From the IMG/VR virus record IMGVR_UViG_3300028379_000400, positions 64,001-112,428 of that record: a stretch of 48,428 nucleotides of DNA. One strand, written 5' to 3'. The notes below the pieces were generated by a model. That model was not told the DNA's origin. It ran no database searches and saw only the letters and a list, made by a program, of their open reading frames with translations. Below, in pieces: positions 43,526 to 48,428 of the stretch; positions within the stretch are counted from its first letter, which is position 1; each line of letters starts with the position of its first letter. Both the position numbers and the translations under genes were made by a program. This DNA comes from a virus (lineage: Duplodnaviria > Heunggongvirae > Uroviricota > Caudoviricetes).

Positions 43526-45660
43526 TGTCGCTCGGCGTGGGAATTGGGATCGGGTTCGATTGCGGCCCGGGCGGACCCGGCGCTTGGGATACCACGCCGT
43601 ATTACACCTCGATCAACGCGTTCAATTACGGCTATCCCGAAGCGACGCATCCGCCGGCGATCAAGCTCGACGATGGCCGAGTTGTCCTGCCCATCATGGA
43701 TTACAACTACGGCACGTCGAAGCTTCGGACCAAGCTGTCCACGTGCAAGGGAGGCGTATTCGCCAGCCCGTACACAGTCGGCGACCATGCCAGCGGCACC
43801 GACAATCACGGCGGCCCCAGCAACGCCAAGGATAAGGACGGCTATCTCTATTCAGCCGGCCGAACCCACAATGGCCCCATCACGGTCGCTTCGACGTCGA
43901 CGCCGGGCGACCTGTCGACCTTCACCGATCGCGGCACCATCGCCACGCTCGGCACCTATCCGCATCTGCATTACTTCAACACCGCGCAGGTCGCCCATAA
44001 GCTCTACGCGCTCTGGCGCGAAGCCGACATCCCGAACAACCGCTACGAGGGCTATTTCAGCGCCACCAGCTCGCTGGTGAGCGGCGTTCCGACCTGGAGT
44101 AGCACGACAGGCACCAAGATCATCGATCTCGGCGACGACAGCCGCTGCTACTGGGGACACAGCGAGGAGATCGGAAACGAGATCGTCGCGGTCATCACCC
44201 GCGCCAATGCGGCCGATACCCTGCGCCGCGATTGCTTCGTCGTCCGGTTCGACGTCTCCGCCGGCAAGATCTACAATTTCGACCATAGCGTGAACGTGGC
44301 ATCCGGCTCCTGGCCGCTGACGCTGACACAGCTCAATACGAGCTTCCGCGTCGTCGATCAGACCGACAGCCTAAAGGAAGGGCAGGTCCAGTCCTTCGCT
44401 TACAACTCGACGACCGACGAGTTGGTCATCATTTATTTGGACGGCCTGAGCTCGGGCAACGCTCGAGACATCAATACCCTGTCGATCACCGGCTTCGCAC
44501 GCGGCACCCCGACGCTCGGCTCGCCGGTCAAGATCGGCTCGACGGATATCTCGTGCACCTCTGTGGCTATCCGGTTCCGTGCCGATGGCTCGCTCGACGC
44601 GCTCTTCACGACGCCATCCGTTGCGGTGCCGATCACCGCGACGTCGGGCTCCCATGCTCAGGGCGGCGACATCAATCAGGCTGTCCGCTCGCCGAGCGGC
44701 ACGTGGGGCGCAGCATCGGTCATCCATTCGTGCCGGCGCGAGCATGCGCTTTCGCAGATCTCGGAGGTCAAGTTTGGCACCGATGATGCGGCGTTTATCT
44801 GGTGCGAGACGATTGGCTCGTCGACCTCGGGAATCGAGAACGGCCATAACTGCCGCGGCTACCTATGGTCGCCAACCAAGGGGTTCATTGGCAAGCAATT
44901 CGCCAAGTCGACGGTGACCTCGTCCTACGTGTCTCAGTTCACAACGCCTGAGCCGCTCGCCAATATCAAGGCGATCGACGAGGCGATCCGCAACATCAAT
45001 GACGCCGGCTTCTGGGCCAACTTCGAATTCCTCTATCTCCTGATGCTCGGCTCGCAGCAGGCCAGCCTTATCGATGTTACTGGGCGCCACCCGGCGTTGA
45101 CGATCCACGGGATCGTGACCTTTACGCCCTACAAGGGGTTCAAGGGCGACGGCACCGCCGGCTATGTGGAAAACGCGTGGAATCCCAACACGTCGCCGGG
45201 CGTGACCAGCCTGAACGATATGCTCATCGGCGCGTATCACTACGAGAACGCGCAGTCGGACGCCGCTGACATCGGCAACTTGGTGCAGAGCACTCCCGGT
45301 CTGTCGCAGGTGCCGCGCACGACGTCGAACACGTTCACGGCACGCATCAACTCGGCCACCACGAGCACCGCCTCGAACAGCGACAGCCGCGGCAACTCGG
45401 TGTCGTTCCGCAAGGACAGCGCCAGCCAGTTCGGCATTCGCAACCAGACGATGCTGATCAACGGTGCCGCTGCGGTCTCGACGGCGGTGCCGAACGGGGT
45501 TGAGCGCGCCATGGCGGGTCTCTCCACCTTCAACCCGACGGGGATGTGCGCCTACTACGCTGGCAAGAGCATGCCGGCGGAATTCCTGTATGGTCTCGGC
45601 AACATCCTCACCGGCCTCGCCGGCGATCTCGGCGTCCCGCTCGACCAGATCACGCACTAG
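43525..45660 (+). CDS. Head spike fibre: GhsB-like N-terminus, BNR-4-type beta-propeller, C-terminal lectin-like domain
   Basis: MSLGVGIGIG start; DNHGGPS..KDKDGYLY...HNG and TYP motifs; TGATG coupling to the spike base. Confidence 0.72.
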   Translation: MSLGVGIGIGFDCGPGGPGAWDTTPYYTSINAFNYGYPEATHPPAIKLDDGRVVLPIMDYNYGTSKLRTKLSTCKGGVFASPYTVGDHASGTDNHGGPSNAKDKDGYLYSAGRTHNGPITVASTSTPGDLSTFTDRGTIATLGTYPHLHYFNTAQVAHKLYALWREADIPNNRYEGYFSATSSLVSGVPTWSSTTGTKIIDLGDDSRCYWGHSEEIGNEIVAVITRANAADTLRRDCFVVRFDVSAGKIYNFDHSVNVASGSWPLTLTQLNTSFRVVDQTDSLKEGQVQSFAYNSTTDELVIIYLDGLSSGNARDINTLSITGFARGTPTLGSPVKIGSTDISCTSVAIRFRADGSLDALFTTPSVAVPITATSGSHAQGGDINQAVRSPSGTWGAASVIHSCRREHALSQISEVKFGTDDAAFIWCETIGSSTSGIENGHNCRGYLWSPTKGFIGKQFAKSTVTSSYVSQFTTPEPLANIKAIDEAIRNINDAGFWANFEFLYLLMLGSQQASLIDVTGRHPALTIHGIVTFTPYKGFKGDGTAGYVENAWNPNTSPGVTSLNDMLIGAYHYENAQSDAADIGNLVQSTPGLSQVPRTTSNTFTARINSATTSTASNSDSRGNSVSFRKDSASQFGIRNQTMLINGAAAVSTAVPNGVERAMAGLSTFNPTGMCAYYAGKSMPAEFLYGLGNILTGLAGDLGVPLDQITH

Positions 45661-45682
45661 CCTCTATCTCTCAAAACAGTTT

Positions 45683-45715
45683 GCCCGGTCTCGCTTCGGC
45701 GGGGCCGGGCTTTTT
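45683..45715 (+). terminator. Intrinsic terminator at the end of the late operon
   Basis: 12-bp stem GCCCGGTCTCGC/GCGGGGCCGGGC, cUUCGg loop, TTTTT tail. Confidence 0.9.
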
Positions 45716-45720
45716 GCGTT

Positions 45721-45891
45721 TCAGCGCACCTTTTCCACGCGGTCGACCGATAGCGTGATCCGACTCAAGGACCAGCCGCGTACCTCGACGGTGACTTCCT
45801 CGTCGACGACCCGCGTAACAGTGGCGCGCAGAATGACCTCGTCACCGGGCACAACCTTGCTGCGTTTTCCCTGTACCGGTCGCTTTTCCAT
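45721..45891 (-). CDS. Small beta-rich hypothetical protein (MEKRPVQGKRSKVVPGDEVILRATV...)
   Basis: Converges on the terminator; GDEVILRATVTRV...VTVEV pattern. Confidence 0.55.
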   Translation of the reverse strand: MEKRPVQGKRSKVVPGDEVILRATVTRVVDEEVTVEVRGWSLSRITLSVDRVEKVR

Positions 45892-45930
45892 GCGCCCATA
45901 ATGGCGCGAAGAAGGTTGAGGAGCGGTGAA

Positions 45931-46140
45931 ATGCATGAGCAAAGCGAGCACGCCAAGGCGGTCGAGCCCTATGATGCCGCGCTCAGGATGCTCTGGGATG
46001 CGATCAACGAGCTCTTCGGGCTGGATGCGGCGTTGCCCAACGAGGATGCAGTTCTCATGCCGCGGCCGGAACAGCGAGCCGAGGCGATGATCGAAGGCCT
46101 GCAGCGCGTCGCTGCGGTGAGACCGCGCCGGCGTTCGTAG
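45931..46140 (+). CDS. Small helical hypothetical protein
   Basis: GAGGAG RBS upstream of ATG 45931. Confidence 0.5.
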   Translation: MHEQSEHAKAVEPYDAALRMLWDAINELFGLDAALPNEDAVLMPRPEQRAEAMIEGLQRVAAVRPRRRS

Positions 46141-46145
46141 GGCTT

Positions 46146-46160
46146 GTTCTCTATTTGTTC
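46146..46160 (+). promoter_or_regulatory. Alphaproteobacterial LexA (SOS) box GTTC-N7-GTTC overlapping a promoter
   Basis: GTTC-TCTATTT-GTTC; candidate -35 TTGTTC (46144-46149), 17-nt spacer, -10 region 46167-46172, ATG at 46179. Confidence 0.85.
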
Positions 46161-46178
46161 TCGTGGCAGGTTCTCGCC

Positions 46179-46424
46179 ATGAGCATCCTTCCCTATGGCG
46201 AATTTCCTTGGCACGTCGTCGAGCTGCAGGGCGACAAGATCTACGAGCACATCGCACTCAGCGTGAATTTCACGGCGGCACGCGCCGCGTTCTTCGCCGT
46301 GCTGCCGGATCGAAAGGGCAGGGAGATCGTCCTCAAGCATGGCATCCGGATCATCCTCGAGGCAAAGGAATTTGGCTACAGCGGAATCGACCCCATTTTG
46401 CGCCGCGGTTCGCGCCATGGCTGA
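46179..46424 (+). CDS. SOS-regulated small hypothetical protein
   Basis: FPWHVVEL...ARAAFFA...IVLKHGIRII; no SD sequence, ATG placed as in a leaderless mRNA. Confidence 0.65.
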   Translation: MSILPYGEFPWHVVELQGDKIYEHIALSVNFTAARAAFFAVLPDRKGREIVLKHGIRIILEAKEFGYSGIDPILRRGSRHG

Positions 46425-46704
46425 CGACCCGCTCACCATCGGAACTGCTACCGAACGGCGTTTCTACGTCCGCTGCAGCGTTTGCCCGCGGCGCGGAAGA
46501 TACAGGACGTCGACGCTGGTGAAGCAGTTCGGCGCCGACTTCCAGCTACCCGGCCTCGCCCGGGCGATAGCGACCTGGCGAGGCTGCGAGCACGTAAACG
46601 TTCTGCCGCTGCAAGCTGGCATCGCTTGCGGCGCCCAGATTGACCTGGCTGCCATGTACCTAGAGCTCAAACGCGAGATCTATGAGCACAAGCACCGCCG
46701 GTAG
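46417..46704 (+). CDS. Small zinc-binding protein (CxxC...RGRY...C...C)
   Basis: VRCSVCPRRGRY..TLVKQFG.D..L..LA...GC...C; overlaps the upstream gene by 8 nt. Confidence 0.65.
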   Translation: MADDPLTIGTATERRFYVRCSVCPRRGRYRTSTLVKQFGADFQLPGLARAIATWRGCEHVNVLPLQAGIACGAQIDLAAMYLELKREIYEHKHRR

Positions 46705-46706
46705 TC

Positions 46707-46988
46707 TCAGCCGTCTACCTCCTCCAGAGGTCGATCGGTCGGGGCATATCCGTCGTGAGCAACGTCATCAATGCCGCAGTCCTCTTCAGGTTCAAGGTCG
46801 GGATCGCCGTCCATCCTGTCGAGCATTTCGATGAGGTGTTCGATTGTCGCCGAGATCGCAATTCTAATATATGCGCTCGCACGACTAGCATCCTCTTCTA
46901 GCGTCAGTTCTTGAGTTTCGCCCGCCGTAATCAGTAAAGTTTTTACACCAACAACCGCAACTACCACGTCATTCCCTGTTGTCGTCAT
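46707..46988 (-). CDS. Acidic hypothetical protein (IEHLIEMLDRMDGDPDLE motif)
   Basis: Recurring rhizobial-prophage motif; start uncertain. Confidence 0.55.
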   Translation of the reverse strand: MTTTGNDVVVAVVGVKTLLITAGETQELTLEEDASRASAYIRIAISATIEHLIEMLDRMDGDPDLEPEEDCGIDDVAHDGYAPTDRPLEEVDG

Positions 46989-47126
46989 TACCCGGCCGCT
47001 GCCGCCAGCCGGGGGGTAGTAACCTGCCAATGAGACAGGCCGGACGCTTTTAGGTTTCCCTTGGACAGCACGACCGCCCCCGGCCAAAAGGCCGAGTACG
47101 GAGCCATGCCGCCAAGCACGCCCGCT

Positions 47127-47153
47127 CGCATCTGCGACGCTCAGATGCGTTTT
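47127..47153 (+). terminator. Hairpin with T tail
   Basis: CGCATCTG-CGACGCT-CAGATGCG-TTTT. Confidence 0.45.
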
Positions 47154-47318
47154 CACTGTCCGCTCAATACGCGGAATCGCTCCCGGAAATGGGGAGGCGA
47201 CAGCGATATCATTGGTCCGGGTTACTACGCCCAATCACCAGCAATAGGGCATATGAGCGCATGCTTCAAGCGAGGTAGCGCGGTCTCGAATACTGATGTC
47301 AAATTTTAAGCATCCGGC

Positions 47319-48428
47319 CTAGCACGGCGTCTCACCCGTTAGGATTTTCAGCCATTTCCAGTTCGCATATTTGTCGCCGACTTGCCTTATGTGGGTATAA
47401 CGCTGAAGAGAAGCCCACGACCTGTGCCCGCTGACGCCGGCCGCGCGTGGAATGCTCCAGCCCATCTCGAAGAGTCGCGATACACCTTCATGCCGAAGAT
47501 CATGGAAGTGAAGGCGGTCTTCATCCTCCATTTCCGGCTTGTTGATGCCGAGCGCATAGCACGCCCGGGTAAAGGACGCGCTGATCGCGTCCGCCGTATA
47601 CGGGAAGATCGGCCCCTGCGTTCTGGGCATCGTCCTGATGACCGATAGGGCTTCGGGGACGAGCTCGCACCAGACATCGTTTCCGATCTTCTGGCCGGGA
47701 TGTTTCATGTCCTTGATAAGGACTCGGCTACCATCCTCGTCGAGGTTAGACCACAGTGGACGCACGATCTCGTCTTGCCGACGGGTCGAGAAAATCGCAA
47801 AGGCGATGATCTTGTGCATAGGCGCTGCTTCTGGGCTGCGCACACGACGCTCGTAGAAGAAGGTCATGAGCGCGTTGAGCTCGTCTAGCGTTGGGCGCCG
47901 TTCCCTCTTTTCGGACTTGCCGGTGAGGCCCAATCGTTTTGTGACCGAGAAAGCACCCTTCATGACTTCTGCGTCCAGCGGGATACCCCATGCTGGCTTC
48001 GCTATCGCAAACACCGCCCCGAGGTGGGAAAGGTAGTTCTGGACGGTCTGCGGCTTCATTGATTGCCCTAGCTGTTGGGCTAGGCGCACAATGTCTTCCG
48101 ACGCGACTTCGGACGCCTCAATGTCGGCAATGTCATACTTCTTAAGAGACCGCAGCACCTGAGCCTTGGTGCGGCCGATCTTCTTGACGCTGCTCTCGAC
48201 ATAGCGGTCGATGGTCTCGCCAACCGTGATGCCGCGGATCTTCGCCTTCTCGATGCCGCCAGGTTGCTTGAGCTCGGCCTCGCGGTTTTTCATCCACGCG
48301 ACGGCACCGCCGCGTCTGTCGAAGGTGGCCGCCTCTCGATGGGTCGGCTTTCCCTTGCGCCTCAAGATGATTTGGGCTGTATAGCCGATCGATCCGTCGC
48401 GGCGTTCTCGCTCTCGAATGGTGCCCAT
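47319..48428 (-). CDS. int: Tyrosine integrase (resembles dusA-associated integrases)
   Basis: Catalytic STRRQDEI (R), FHDLRHEG (HxxR), GHRSW and RY (Tyr); MGTI..R.R.DG..GYTAQI N-terminus. Confidence 0.95.
   Translation of the reverse strand: MGTIRERERRDGSIGYTAQIILRRKGKPTHREAATFDRRGGAVAWMKNREAELKQPGGIEKAKIRGITVGETIDRYVESSVKKIGRTKAQVLRSLKKYDIADIEASEVASEDIVRLAQQLGQSMKPQTVQNYLSHLGAVFAIAKPAWGIPLDAEVMKGAFSVTKRLGLTGKSEKRERRPTLDELNALMTFFYERRVRSPEAAPMHKIIAFAIFSTRRQDEIVRPLWSNLDEDGSRVLIKDMKHPGQKIGNDVWCELVPEALSVIRTMPRTQGPIFPYTADAISASFTRACYALGINKPEMEDEDRLHFHDLRHEGVSRLFEMGWSIPRAAGVSGHRSWASLQRYTHIRQVGDKYANWKWLKILTGETPC

Overview
About 48 kb of a temperate long-tailed (siphovirus-type, HK97-fold) phage or prophage, most likely of an alphaproteobacterial (Rhizobiales-like) host. 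The host inference rests on a GTTC-N7-GTTC LexA box, an Omp25/RopB-like gene, RcGTA-like head-spike genes and high GC. Left to right: (1) 1-5600, co-oriented small accessory genes (2OG-Fe(II) dioxygenase-like, macrodomain-like, DUF1653-like modules, internally deleted SLOG/DUF2493); (2) 5596-5709, a phased A-tract block, then a sigma70-like promoter; (3) 6050-8746, an array of 15 tRNA genes, many structurally atypical, with an HNH gene and small ORFs interspersed; (4) 9275-21758, HNH/terS/terL/portal/ClpP-protease/major capsid/decoration/neck/tail genes; (5) 21768-35749, tape measure, lambda-like tail tip, Thr-rich collagen-like fibre and polyglycine protein; (6) a GT4 glycosyltransferase and an antisense outer-membrane-protein moron with a highly structured leader; (7) holin/SAR-endolysin/spanins; (8) a phosphoesterase + NDT-like + dNMP kinase triad and a GTA-like head spike; (9) a LexA-boxed mini-operon and a tyrosine integrase whose start codon is the last three bases of the window. 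No repressor or replication genes are visible, so the element extends beyond the window, probably to the left. All family assignments are from motif recognition by eye; no database searches were run.
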